The notes beneath the pieces were generated by a model. That model was given only the letters and a program-made list of their open reading frames with translations, was not told where the DNA came from and made no database searches. Both the position numbers and the translations under genes were made by a program. From Minisyncoccia bacterium (GTDB lineage Bacteria > Patescibacteriota > Minisyncoccia > Phycocordibacterales > UBA9973), in NCBI GenBank assembly GCA_039809245.1, contig JBDHUP010000002.1, forward strand, positions 75,188 to 139,187: 64,000 nt of DNA, read 5' to 3'. Shown here one piece after another: positions 20,547 through 31,069 of this stretch (position 1 is the first letter of the stretch; every line of letters begins with the position of its first letter).

Positions 20547-21200
20547 TTATTGTAATTTTATACCCTGACTAATGTCCCCAGGATTAAATGTCTTATAAAA
20601 AAGTTCTACTATCTCCTCTGTTTTCAATTGGCTACTTCTTATACCAATACCTCCAAGCCCAGAAATAATAACGTTAATACGTTGATCAAGCTGACTACGC
20701 TTCTCCTCGAAAGATGCTAAGTCCATAGCCTTTTTATTTTCTTCTACTTGTTTCTTCTCTGCTTTGCCACCAATTATCTTATCTAAAACATCATCGCTTG
20801 ATTTAAATACAGCAGAACTATATGGAACAACTACAAAGAAAGTTTTCGTCATAATGTTTACCTCATCAGTAAAAGAACGTATAAAATCAATATATTCCTT
20901 TGTTTGTATTTTTAATAACTTCTCATTTTGAACCTTCAATCTCTCTTCTAACATTAAAAGATAAGGACGGATATCGAGTCTACGAGACTGCATTACAATC
21001 TGAGTAGGAAAATCTAATCCATTTAAAAAAGATTGGAACTGACTAATAATAGCAGTCTGTTCATCAGAAGACTTTAGGGAAAGGTTAATAGAAGAAGCAA
21101 TGAGAACAGCACGAAGCCCTCCATCCTTTAGAATGATGACCCCGTTACGGACTTCTTTGATTGGTACAAATTCTTGAGCTGCACGTGCATTTATCGCCAT
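20547..21200 (-). CDS. TraC/VirB4 N-terminal-like protein
   Basis: INLSLKSSDEQ.AII..FQ.FLN.LDFP.QI...SRRLDI.PY; lies between prgI and virB4. Confidence 0.65.
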   Translation of the reverse strand: MAINARAAQEFVPIKEVRNGVIILKDGGLRAVLIASSINLSLKSSDEQTAIISQFQSFLNGLDFPTQIVMQSRRLDIRPYLLMLEERLKVQNEKLLKIQTKEYIDFIRSFTDEVNIMTKTFFVVVPYSSAVFKSSDDVLDKIIGGKAEKKQVEENKKAMDLASFEEKRSQLDQRINVIISGLGGIGIRSSQLKTEEIVELFYKTFNPGDISQGIKLQ

Positions 21201-21229
21201 ACTATAATTATATCATATATTAACTAGCA

Positions 21230-21637
21230 TTAATTTTCTTTCTCTTCTACGTCTAGACTCCAGGATAGATCTTTTAGTTTACTACTACTTAGTGTAGGTA
21301 GAGTAGAGACTTTTGAAGGCATATTAATGTCTTCATCTTTTTTATCGCTATTTTTCGCTAAGCGTTGCTTCCAAACATAAAGTTTACTTGAAACTGCGTA
21401 GCTAATAGCTGCTTGAAGATAGTAAATAAATGGTTTGTTGTTTATCTTGTGGAAAGTAAGAAGCGCAGCAAGACCTGCCACAGGAATTATTAAGAAAATA
21501 CCAATCCAAAGAGGAAGAAGCTTGTATATTACGAATATCATACCAGCTCCACCGACTAAGTAGACGAATTGTCGGAAAGTAAAAGGACCGAAAAGTTTAT
21601 CTTCGATATCGATAAATTGTGGAACTTTGAATTGCAT
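21230..21637 (-). CDS. PrgI/VirB3-family membrane protein
   Basis: MQFKVPQFIDIEDKLFGPFTFRQF plus two TMs. Confidence 0.85.
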   Translation of the reverse strand: MQFKVPQFIDIEDKLFGPFTFRQFVYLVGGAGMIFVIYKLLPLWIGIFLIIPVAGLAALLTFHKINNKPFIYYLQAAISYAVSSKLYVWKQRLAKNSDKKDEDINMPSKVSTLPTLSSSKLKDLSWSLDVEEKEN

Positions 21638-21656
21638 ATTTATATTGTATCACAAA

Positions 21657-22715
21657 CTATTCTATAGGTTCGTGGTAAGGATCGTGTTGTCTTGAAGTTA
21701 CCCCATCCTTACTTACCTTTGGCAGTGAGTAGTCAGTTGTAGAAGTAGAACTACTTGTTGCTCCAGCTAATTTGTCTCCGATGATACTCTTTTCAAGAAG
21801 ATCATCTTTCATTTCTTCCATTGGCATTGTTGGGATATTCTCTGGTGGTTTGGTATCTATTATTTCTTTCTCAGGAGTAACAATATTCTCTTTTGGTTTC
21901 TGTATATCTGCATCTTTCATTATTTCAATACCAGAATCTGAGTATATTTTGGATTCATCACTAGCTTTAGGAGTTGAACTCGTTACAACTTTTGGCATTG
22001 CATATGGTGGTATTGGGACCTCGTCGTCATCTAGATCTTCCGTATCATTACCTCCCCAATGCTTCTTTAATATCTCTTTAATATTCTTTAAAACTTTCTC
22101 ATTCACTTCATCTACAATTTCAATGATCTCCTCTTTTGGTATGGCTATGTTTGCTTGTAACTCGGCTTCATATCTATCTGGATGAATTATACCGAGCATT
22201 ACTTTTGTTGTAGCTTCATCGAGAGCCCCCATATGATTAATAGAAAGTTTGTGTTTGCTCGCTATTTCATATAGAGCAGCTTGATAACCAGATTCACTGA
22301 TTGCAACTTGTACTTCTTTAGGTAGCTTTGCAAAGCGTTCGTCAAGTTCTTTTACTCCACCATAATTTTTTTCGGCAACATCAATATTGTTTTTATTATA
22401 GGCTTCTGATAATTTTGGTTTTATTACATCTAGTATACTTGTATTTATTTCTCCAACCATTTTTTGAATTAAATCTGCCGAAATCGAAATCTCAGCTTCA
22501 AGATTTCTTTCATATTCTTCTGCGCTAATCATACCAAGTAACACTAGGGTTGTTTCAGCCCCAAGGGAACCTTTTTGTTCTTCTGTAAGACCATACTTGC
22601 TACTAATTTCTCCAATAGCATCCATCCACTTCATACTAGAAAACATTTCTTGCATATCTGGTGAAAGTTTTGAGTAATATAAGGCTATTTGTTGTTGTAA
22701 TTGTGTTTGATCCAT
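21657..22715 (-). CDS. Hypothetical protein with an internally duplicated helical domain and acidic tail
   Basis: Two copies of KLxxxxQ...IxxKxxL...G.L...TT.V.LG.I....YE..L.A.I.I....I..V.E.N..L. Confidence 0.7.
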   Translation of the reverse strand: MDQTQLQQQIALYYSKLSPDMQEMFSSMKWMDAIGEISSKYGLTEEQKGSLGAETTLVLLGMISAEEYERNLEAEISISADLIQKMVGEINTSILDVIKPKLSEAYNKNNIDVAEKNYGGVKELDERFAKLPKEVQVAISESGYQAALYEIASKHKLSINHMGALDEATTKVMLGIIHPDRYEAELQANIAIPKEEIIEIVDEVNEKVLKNIKEILKKHWGGNDTEDLDDDEVPIPPYAMPKVVTSSTPKASDESKIYSDSGIEIMKDADIQKPKENIVTPEKEIIDTKPPENIPTMPMEEMKDDLLEKSIIGDKLAGATSSSTSTTDYSLPKVSKDGVTSRQHDPYHEPIE

Positions 22716-22727
22716 AATTATTTAATA

Positions 22728-25439
22728 TTAGTGATGTCCTCCTCCACCATGATCATCACTACTTTTACCATGACTTTCTTCTACTTTCACGCTTACCTTT
22801 GCACTCTTTAATGCTTCTGTAATTGTATGACCAATATCTTTCAAGAAATCATTTTGACCAGAACCGTGATTTATATTACTTGTTTTTAATCCTGTCCTTA
22901 CTCCCATAGCAATACCAGCTATTAACCCTGCTGTCATCTTTGTTCCAATCCCTTCCCTCTTATCTGCTTTAGTTTGTGAAAGGTTTCTAGCATCATAACT
23001 ACCTTTGTTTGATCTAGAGAAAACTCTTTCTACCCCACTAATTTTCTTGCTAGATTCTTCCTGTAAATGACTAAATCTTGTATTAGATTCTTTCTCTATA
23101 GAAGTTTTTAATACAGCATTAAATTCAACATTTAACTTGTCTTCAATTTCCTTCTTTGCTTCGTCAGTTAATTCCCCATTCTTACCAACCTTTGTATTTT
23201 TACCTGTGGTAGGATCTTTATATGATTTAGCGGCAGAAACTTCTGCTCCTCTATTTGCAGCTTTAAATCCACTTTCTCCTCCAGTGATAATATTACCATT
23301 CCTATCTTTAGCAGGCTGACCTGTTGAGTCAACAAGTGGGGCTGCACCTTTTCTTATATCGGCTTCAATTTCACCCTTCTTTTCTTTTGTATAAGTTTTA
23401 GCTAGCTTTTCTTTATCCACTCCTGATAGTTGGTAATCTTCAACACCTTTTAGTCCAGCCTTTTCTTTAATAGCATCAACTTCATGGCGAGCGTGGTCTA
23501 CTTCGTTTACTTTCATTTGTTTTGCATTTAGATTACCACCTAATCTAGTCAAGAGACTTGTTTTAACTCCAGCAGCTTTTGCATGATCTTCCCATTTTGG
23601 CTTAGCTCCCTTCTTACCACCGTTTTCCCAAGCTTCCAGTTTCTGATTAAAAGCTAGTTTTTCTTTTCCATAATGCATAGCATCTGGTGTTCTAGAAGCA
23701 GCAGCCATACCTCTTCCTAATAGGTTTCTACCAAGCATTGCTCCTCCCAATGCTGCGCCACCAAGAGCAAGTCCTCCAATAGTTGCAACTCCACCTGTGA
23801 TTGATTGACCAAGTTTACCAGACATATCCTTCGCTAGATCTTTAGCTTTCCAAAGAAGAACCATAATAAATGCAAACGGTACAACAGTAGCTACTATGAA
23901 AGCTATACCACTTAGGTCTTGTGTATTTATTAAACCTAATCCAGTTTGTAAAAATGCAATTATTAAGTACAAGAAGAACATAAATACTGGAGCAAGGAAT
24001 GCCAGCTTTAGAGTTTCAGGCCACCAATGTTTCCAACCAACCATACTCATACCTTGCATTGCTGGTACTGTATAACTAAAGAATGCTAAAGGCACAAATA
24101 TCATAGCAAGCCATAAACCTATAACTCTTGCTATGAATATCATTCCAACAGATAAAAAGACAATTATACCAGTTACATTTACCGCAACAGCAAGTAATGT
24201 TATTAAAATAAAAGCTCCCGCTCCTAAGTTACCTCCATTTATTGTTGCATCACTTACTTTTTGACCGCTTACAGAGTCTTCTACACTAACATTATTTGCT
24301 CCATTTATTATTAGATTCTGTGGGTTTACCTTATTCACAATAGCAGCTGATAATGGTATTTCACCATTTGGACCTTCTTTTAAAGATGGGGTGCTATCAG
24401 AAACACCGTTTGCTCCACTTTCTGTAATTTTTATAGCATCAGAATTGTAAAAAACTCTGGCTAATATATTTGAACTATCTATAATAACTTGTGCAGCGAA
24501 AAGACTAAAGTTAATAAGTAGACCAATTATGACTACATTTATTATAAGTTGCTTTGTATTTGGACCATGACCACCACTAAAACCTAATATAGTTCTAAAC
24601 GCTATATATAGTAGGACAAAGATAAAGAATATATTACAAAAATCGCGAACTATTCCCCATCCTTGTAAAACGAAAGGTGAACGATAAGATGAATCACTAA
24701 CTGAATAATGGAAAGTAAAATCAAAAAACTGACCAGTTAATGCAAATATATATGAAGTGGGTATAAAAAGTACGTAATAAATAAGTTGCGCCGCACACCC
24801 CACTACGGTTCCTGTTTTTGAGAATAATCCACAAGGGGGCATTATCGCATCTAAACTCAAACTTTTTTTGACAGAAGTTGATGTGGTAGTAACATCACCA
24901 CTTTTGTTTGTCGTAATATTAAAAGATAGATATGCTGCATCATTATTACTACCAAGTGTTAGATTGTTTACTATAAAAGTTAGAGGGGCACCCCAAAAAC
25001 CTATAGTTTGAGTAGCTACTATAGTTACATGATATGTTGTATTCGGAGATAGCCCTGTTATTGGTAGACTACCCCTTTGTACAGTGTATGGAAGAGGGTC
25101 GCTAGTATGGTTTGCACGGTAAGCCTGCGTAGCAGCATCATCAGTGTTTACCGTCATATCTGTTTTAGTTATAACCGAAGATCCATCTTTCTGTAATAGA
25201 ACCTGAATATCATCACTAGTTCTATTGTCGTCTATATACCAAACGACTTTTGCGTCTGGTGTTATTGTTGTATCGTTTTTTGCTACACTAGCTTCTAAAG
25301 ATATTCCTACTACATCTTTTGCTTCAGCTACCGACTTTTTTATTATAGGGTTATTTTGATTGTCTATTCCAAAACTAAAAGGCGCGAAGATGTTCACAAG
25401 TATCAGAAATATAAAAATTGAAGGGAGAATCTTTTTCAC
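22728..25439 (-). CDS. VirB6/TrbL-like polytopic membrane protein with large N- and C-terminal domains
   Basis: GW.IVRDFCNIFFIF, LLINFS, multiple TMs, Gly/Ala-rich segment after the TMs. Confidence 0.75.
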   Translation of the reverse strand: MKKILPSIFIFLILVNIFAPFSFGIDNQNNPIIKKSVAEAKDVVGISLEASVAKNDTTITPDAKVVWYIDDNRTSDDIQVLLQKDGSSVITKTDMTVNTDDAATQAYRANHTSDPLPYTVQRGSLPITGLSPNTTYHVTIVATQTIGFWGAPLTFIVNNLTLGSNNDAAYLSFNITTNKSGDVTTTSTSVKKSLSLDAIMPPCGLFSKTGTVVGCAAQLIYYVLFIPTSYIFALTGQFFDFTFHYSVSDSSYRSPFVLQGWGIVRDFCNIFFIFVLLYIAFRTILGFSGGHGPNTKQLIINVVIIGLLINFSLFAAQVIIDSSNILARVFYNSDAIKITESGANGVSDSTPSLKEGPNGEIPLSAAIVNKVNPQNLIINGANNVSVEDSVSGQKVSDATINGGNLGAGAFILITLLAVAVNVTGIIVFLSVGMIFIARVIGLWLAMIFVPLAFFSYTVPAMQGMSMVGWKHWWPETLKLAFLAPVFMFFLYLIIAFLQTGLGLINTQDLSGIAFIVATVVPFAFIMVLLWKAKDLAKDMSGKLGQSITGGVATIGGLALGGAALGGAMLGRNLLGRGMAAASRTPDAMHYGKEKLAFNQKLEAWENGGKKGAKPKWEDHAKAAGVKTSLLTRLGGNLNAKQMKVNEVDHARHEVDAIKEKAGLKGVEDYQLSGVDKEKLAKTYTKEKKGEIEADIRKGAAPLVDSTGQPAKDRNGNIITGGESGFKAANRGAEVSAAKSYKDPTTGKNTKVGKNGELTDEAKKEIEDKLNVEFNAVLKTSIEKESNTRFSHLQEESSKKISGVERVFSRSNKGSYDARNLSQTKADKREGIGTKMTAGLIAGIAMGVRTGLKTSNINHGSGQNDFLKDIGHTITEALKSAKVSVKVEESHGKSSDDHGGGGHH

Positions 25440-25503
25440 ACAATATATTATACCAATTTTATTACTAAATCCCAGCCTTTGATGCTGGTTTATTTAGTAA
25501 ATT

Positions 25504-26457
25504 TTACCAGATATTGAATAGCAATTCGTAAAGTCCATATCCTTGTACATATTCTGGTCCAGTAACTGTAGTAGCAGTAGTATTAACAGTTGTAGCAGGT
25601 TGTTGATAATAAGGATTGTCTTTTATTTCTTGAGGGCCTGTATAGCCTGGATTTGCTTTCTGAGCCTTACAATCATTTATCAGTATTGTAGCTTGCTTAA
25701 CTAATTCTTCATTAGTTTGATTATCATAATCTAGAAGAGTGATATCGTCTTCTATTCTGAGGGTTGGAGCTAGTAGATAGTACTGTCTAAGTAAAACTGC
25801 TAATTCAGCTTTCTCATCTTCGGTAAATACTAAAGGATCATCGGGGCACATACCACCTACTGCAGTTGTCGAGGTATCCCTTGTCCTACTTTCATCGTTG
25901 ATAGTTCTATCATATGAAAGATTATTATTTTCATTAAAGTCAGTGTGGCATCCTGGATCATTAATATCTGCAACACGGTCTCCATCATTATCAACTCCAT
26001 CAGAACATTGTGTGACAGTCACTGGTCCACCACTCGGTCCACAAGGAATCACATTTCCGTTTGAGTCTTTACACTCATTCGGGTTAGGCACTGGAGTTGG
26101 GATTGGAGCAAGCGGTGGAAGAATCGGTCCAGGTAGATTTGTATTTCCTCCACCATTTCCATTATTACCACCAGAGTTAGAGCCACCTCCGTTAGACACA
26201 CCAATATCTACATTGGTTACTCCATTGTCAGAGTCAGATGTATTAGTTGCTCCATTATTAGAATTATCTACTACTATAGTATCAGCCTTTTTTTCTTTAG
26301 ATGTTCCTAGTAAAGGAGAGAAAATTTTTCCAACAGTTGTTGAGCTATTAAATATTTTTGCATTACTTTTGAATAATAAATAACCCACTATCAAAAGCAG
26401 TAATACTACTATTATTGTAATCACTAAGGCTTTACTTTTTTTAGGGTTATGTTCCAT
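25504..26457 (-). CDS. Membrane-anchored protein with Gly/Pro linker and Ca-binding disulfide motif
   Basis: N-terminal TM; QCSDGVDNDGDRVADINDPGC. Confidence 0.7.
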   Translation of the reverse strand: MEHNPKKSKALVITIIVVLLLLIVGYLLFKSNAKIFNSSTTVGKIFSPLLGTSKEKKADTIVVDNSNNGATNTSDSDNGVTNVDIGVSNGGGSNSGGNNGNGGGNTNLPGPILPPLAPIPTPVPNPNECKDSNGNVIPCGPSGGPVTVTQCSDGVDNDGDRVADINDPGCHTDFNENNNLSYDRTINDESRTRDTSTTAVGGMCPDDPLVFTEDEKAELAVLLRQYYLLAPTLRIEDDITLLDYDNQTNEELVKQATILINDCKAQKANPGYTGPQEIKDNPYYQQPATTVNTTATTVTGPEYVQGYGLYELLFNIW

Positions 26458-26466
26458 ACAATTTAA

Positions 26467-28935
26467 TTAATATTTTAGTACATCATTTTCTACCCAGGTT
26501 ACTTTTTCATTATCAAGACATATCTGTGGCATCGCTGGTAATCCATCGTTAGCTCTCCTTGTCTTTCTGCGATTTTGAGCGGCGGTAATTATTACATTTA
26601 CTTTGTCTTTTATAAAACCAAGTCTATATATAGCTCCACTAGTCTGGGCAAAGTTATCTTTTGCTGTATCAATAGCTCCTGGTAAATCTTCTGCATCGGT
26701 TACTATGTTCTTCGTCATATCAAGACCAGCTTGAGCCATAGGTAGGAATGCTGGATTATAATTTCCTTGTGGGGTAAACTCAGTCCTCATAGGACTATTA
26801 ATACCAAATTTGTCATTTACTTTAACGACATATTCGTCGTAAGCTCTCTTTGCGGCATCAGTCCACCTTGCAACTTGTGCTTCTACATATGCAGGGTCTA
26901 CATACCAATGGTTTGTTCCTATACCGTAAGTCTGATGATGATCATTATGAGCTATCCAGAATGATTGGTGCACTTCAATTTTTGGCCACAAGTTTCTAGC
27001 ATCATCGAATAATTTTTGATAATTTGTATAATCCGGATAAGAGATAACATCGTAAGAGTGATCGTAACTTGCAAATATTGAACCAATTCCACAGACAATA
27101 CCACTAGGATCTAAAGGAGCATTACAATTAAATATATCGGATATATGTTCTGTTGTTACGCCACTTAAGTAAGCAAAGTATTCATTTCGAGCTTCATCAG
27201 AGTTACTAACCCAGTTCGTATTTGGTCCTGGAATACAGTAATCAAGTTCAGAAAGCTTCGGAAGTACTTGTGGTAGAACAGCAACTGTCTTAGTAATAGA
27301 CTTCATATAATCTTTCTGAAGTTGGAACACACCCTTTTTATCTATAATATGTTTCGGTAATCCTAAGTTCCATTTCTTCCCATCATAATAAACTTTCTCT
27401 CCTACATGCCAGGTGTGAGTACCTGCAAATAATCTTGTATTACCTGAGACAGATACTGTATAGTACTGATTCTTTATTCCGGTATCAGGTAGTATCTCTG
27501 GAGTATTTGTATTTGCATCCCATGTGCCACTATCTATTGGTTGGGCATATTTGTTTCCTAGATCTTTTGTAAGATCAAAAGAAGCACTAACTTGATTGCC
27601 TCCGGTTTCTTCACCAAACACACCTGTTGATGAGAGAGTATTGCCCAGTGTATCGACAAGACTATTAGATCCGAATCCACCTCCGGCTGGTGTAGTCCAG
27701 TTGTTTACCTTTGATCCTAATCCTGACAAACCTTGGCTTTCAAATTTATTTATAAGAGCACTGAAAAGTGAATTTAATGCATCGTTTAAAGTGTCAGCCA
27801 GCTCTATTTGGCGCTCAGGAGAGTTGATATATGTATCAATTTTTGCTTTTATAACACTACCTGGAGTAACAGTTTCATATTTTAAACATCTAGGCACAGC
27901 TGTTGCGGAAGTTGTGTTGCCGCCACTCGGTGTACCTAAACAGTTCCCTTTTCTATCCTTAATACCACAAGAATCAGTACCTGTTGTTCTTGTTGGGGCA
28001 ACAGGAGCATATTCAATACATTTCTTCTGGTCAAATACTCCTCCATTTCTATTTAATTCATTCTGAGCATTTGAAGTGGCGACTTCTTTTTGATTCTCTA
28101 GATTTTCTGACGCTTTTAAATTAAACCCTAATGGATTATTTTGTGAATGTTGTGTTAGTGCTAACCAACCATTCCAACCACCTTGTGAAAAGTCAGTAGC
28201 GAAGCTATCAGGAGTTGCTCCTGGTTCTAGATAATCAGTCAGGTCTTGCTTTAAAGCCCCATATTGATCCTTCCCTACTTTGTATGCATTTATTTGCCCT
28301 CTCGCATAATCACGGCCGTATGGATAATATTTCTCATTATCAATATTCCCGAATATCTCAGTTTCCTTTTTCAGTATCCCTGTTGTAAGGCTGTCCATAT
28401 ATGAGTTTACATCTCTGACATATAAAGGGTCGCCATTGAACCCTGTTGTAATCCAGTTCATAGTGTATTTGGTCATAGCGGTCAACTGGTTTTTAGCAAG
28501 AGTGATAGCAATACCCTTCAAACAGTTTTCTGTGAAAGCTTTAGAATCGGCTGCATCCTTAACTTCTTGTTTTGTTTCCACCTCTTTTTCTAAATTACTC
28601 GAATCTATACTAGGGACACTACTGTTTTGCTGGGTAGTTGCATCTTTTTTTGTCGCAATTTTTTCTTTCTTTTTACTTAATATTTTTTGAGCAAATTGGA
28701 CTGTGACTTTTGAAACCTTATCTACTATTCCAGTACAACCTACCAGGTTAGTTAGTAGACCACTAGATATAATACCGTTGAGTGATAGCTTATAAGGATT
28801 ATCTCCATTCTTATTTGGATTGTCATAGTTTAGAGCTTGGTTATCAGCCAGTACAGTAGAAGGCAAAACAGCTTGCATTAAAAATATGCTAATGATAAAT
28901 AAAGATAATATTTTTTTAGCAGTCTGTTTCTTCAT
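26467..28935 (-). CDS. Large secreted protein of the T4SS-like cluster
   Basis: Signal peptide; WITTGFNG.P.YV, GGW.GW, TPGS.I motifs; internal WDANTNTP...W.VG...YDG..W insert. Confidence 0.7.
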   Translation of the reverse strand: MKKQTAKKILSLFIISIFLMQAVLPSTVLADNQALNYDNPNKNGDNPYKLSLNGIISSGLLTNLVGCTGIVDKVSKVTVQFAQKILSKKKEKIATKKDATTQQNSSVPSIDSSNLEKEVETKQEVKDAADSKAFTENCLKGIAITLAKNQLTAMTKYTMNWITTGFNGDPLYVRDVNSYMDSLTTGILKKETEIFGNIDNEKYYPYGRDYARGQINAYKVGKDQYGALKQDLTDYLEPGATPDSFATDFSQGGWNGWLALTQHSQNNPLGFNLKASENLENQKEVATSNAQNELNRNGGVFDQKKCIEYAPVAPTRTTGTDSCGIKDRKGNCLGTPSGGNTTSATAVPRCLKYETVTPGSVIKAKIDTYINSPERQIELADTLNDALNSLFSALINKFESQGLSGLGSKVNNWTTPAGGGFGSNSLVDTLGNTLSSTGVFGEETGGNQVSASFDLTKDLGNKYAQPIDSGTWDANTNTPEILPDTGIKNQYYTVSVSGNTRLFAGTHTWHVGEKVYYDGKKWNLGLPKHIIDKKGVFQLQKDYMKSITKTVAVLPQVLPKLSELDYCIPGPNTNWVSNSDEARNEYFAYLSGVTTEHISDIFNCNAPLDPSGIVCGIGSIFASYDHSYDVISYPDYTNYQKLFDDARNLWPKIEVHQSFWIAHNDHHQTYGIGTNHWYVDPAYVEAQVARWTDAAKRAYDEYVVKVNDKFGINSPMRTEFTPQGNYNPAFLPMAQAGLDMTKNIVTDAEDLPGAIDTAKDNFAQTSGAIYRLGFIKDKVNVIITAAQNRRKTRRANDGLPAMPQICLDNEKVTWVENDVLKY

Positions 28936-28961
28936 TGAAATTAATGCTTATAGTATAACAC

Positions 28962-29831
28962 TTATTGTATTGCATTTGAAAGGGCGGTTACATTGTTAAC
29001 AATAGCATCTGTGTACTTTTTGTAATTGATTAAAGCTTTCATACCAAGCAAAGGTTCTACAAGCATTTGAGACATATCTTTTATAGACTGAGATACATTT
29101 TCATAGTTGTTAGCAAGAGATAAATGTATATCGCTGAGGGTATTTGGAACTTGTATTTTTATTAATTCTTTTGAGAATGAATCATATAGATCTGCTACTT
29201 TATCCGCTTCTGCAAAAGCTTGAGGATCGTTAGTGCTTAATCCGACACTTATGAAAGTTAATTCCTTTCCTAAGTCTTCCTGCTCATACTTTTTTATTAG
29301 GTTCGCTACTTTAGTAGAGTAGGCATCTGTATTTGCAGGGTTTGCTTTGATTGTAGATACCATATCTTTAGTGTATTTATTAGGAAGTGGAACAGCTACA
29401 ATCTTCTGGCCAATAGTTTCAGCTATAGATTGCATTGAATTTTCATCTAGGTTACCTGATTCTTGAAGCGACATTACAATAGCAAAAAATTCTCTAGACA
29501 ATGTTTCATTTTCACTTAAAGGTTCATTGCTTTTTGAATCAGCTCCATTTTCTTTGGCAAGAGTTTCTCTTTTTATCATAATAAACTCTTTATTTGAATC
29601 CCCATTCCCTTTTGGATCAAGACCCCACAATGACTCTTCCCAATCAGGGATACCATTATTATTACTATCTTTCTGGATGACTCCCGGTTCTATAACCACA
29701 GGTGAATTATCTTTATGCAGTTTATTCTTAAAGAAAATAGCGATCTTATATACGCAAACAGCAATAATTAGAAGAGCAATTATTGATAATACTCTTTTTA
29801 TAAACTGTTTGCTTGGTAAATAATTTTCCAT
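28962..29831 (-). CDS. Membrane-anchored protein with a thrombospondin type-3-like Ca-binding motif
   Basis: N-terminal TM; DSNNNGIPDWEE.LWGLDP. Confidence 0.7.
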   Translation of the reverse strand: MENYLPSKQFIKRVLSIIALLIIAVCVYKIAIFFKNKLHKDNSPVVIEPGVIQKDSNNNGIPDWEESLWGLDPKGNGDSNKEFIMIKRETLAKENGADSKSNEPLSENETLSREFFAIVMSLQESGNLDENSMQSIAETIGQKIVAVPLPNKYTKDMVSTIKANPANTDAYSTKVANLIKKYEQEDLGKELTFISVGLSTNDPQAFAEADKVADLYDSFSKELIKIQVPNTLSDIHLSLANNYENVSQSIKDMSQMLVEPLLGMKALINYKKYTDAIVNNVTALSNAIQ

Positions 29832-29835
29832 TTAT

Positions 29836-30234
29836 TTATCTAGAAGTTCCATATAATGTTATTGGAGTAAGTTGAACAGTTGCTGTCCTTGGAGGATATC
29901 CTTGATAGATACAAGTTATTGAAGTTTTTGATTGGCTATATAAGCCTTTTATTTCTTGGCCAGCACGAGCACTTGTATTTGTTTTTGATTTAACAGCAGC
30001 TGGTATTAGGTATGTAATAGGAGCTGAGCTGACTTTAGATCTTATGGTAATAGTTGATCCTGGAACGATACAGTTGTATCCAGCATTTTCATATGATTGT
30101 ATTTCTGTAGCCTTAGTGTTAACTATTTGCCCACCAAATGGTTTACTTGCTGAAGCTGCGCTAACAGTGTCAAAAGCTATTGCTACCACTAATATAACTA
30201 ATAGTAATAATATTTTATGTAAGTTGCTTTTCAT
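29836..30234 (-). CDS. Small secreted protein
   Basis: Signal peptide, PFGG.I motif, two Cys. Confidence 0.7.
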   Translation of the reverse strand: MKSNLHKILLLLVILVVAIAFDTVSAASASKPFGGQIVNTKATEIQSYENAGYNCIVPGSTITIRSKVSSAPITYLIPAAVKSKTNTSARAGQEIKGLYSQSKTSITCIYQGYPPRTATVQLTPITLYGTSR

Positions 30235-30258
30235 ACAATATATTATACAGCATTTTTA

Positions 30259-31068
30259 TTAAATTATCCTATGTGTATATAGATAATTACTGATTTTTAA
30301 CCAAATAGAGATGTTTATATCCTCTGCTCGAACTTTTTGATCTAATCCGAGTTCTTTAAACATTGATTCTATAGTGTCTTTTTGAGTTATATCCTCAAGA
30401 TTTTTCTTCAATACTTTGCGTTTATGGGCAAATGCGCTTTTAACTACTGTAAAGAAATAATTTTCTTCACCTATATTTTTAAATTTGCTCTTAGATATGT
30501 TTTTTATAGCAACTATAGCTGAATCCACTTTTGGGCTCGGTGAGAAGAACCTCTTACCCACCTTCATCATGTATTTAGGTTCACCGTAAACTTTCACACT
30601 CAGAGATAGAATACTCTCTTTATTATCGCGAGCTACGATTCTCTCAGCCACTTCCTTCTGCACTAGTAGAATCATTGTAGAAGGTTGGGAAACCTCAGAG
30701 AGGAATCTTTTTATAATTGCGCCTGTAATGTTGTACGGAATGTTTGCTACAATTTTATATTTTCCATCTACCAATCCATAATCTTTCGGATCAAAAGAAA
30801 GGATATCTCCTTCAACTAATTGCAGTTTACTTTCTTCTATTTCTTCTTTGAATTTTTCTTTTAGGATTTCGACAAGAGCTCTGTCTTTCTCAACAGCTAA
30901 AACTTTTCCTGCTTGTGCTATTAATTTATTTGTCAGTGCTCCTTTCCCTGGACCAATCTCTACTACAACATCACTGCTTGTAATATTCCCAGCTTCGCAC
31001 ATCATACGAAGAGCCGGTTCGGATTTCAAGAAATTCTGCCCTAAAGATTTTTTCGCCTTGTGTAACAT
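30259..31068 (-). CDS. rsmA: 16S rRNA m6,2A dimethyltransferase RsmA/KsgA
   Basis: KKSLGQNFL, EIGPGKG, ANIPYNIT, P.PKVDS. Confidence 0.96.
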   Translation of the reverse strand: MLHKAKKSLGQNFLKSEPALRMMCEAGNITSSDVVVEIGPGKGALTNKLIAQAGKVLAVEKDRALVEILKEKFKEEIEESKLQLVEGDILSFDPKDYGLVDGKYKIVANIPYNITGAIIKRFLSEVSQPSTMILLVQKEVAERIVARDNKESILSLSVKVYGEPKYMMKVGKRFFSPSPKVDSAIVAIKNISKSKFKNIGEENYFFTVVKSAFAHKRKVLKKNLEDITQKDTIESMFKELGLDQKVRAEDINISIWLKISNYLYTHRII

Positions 31069-31069
31069 A

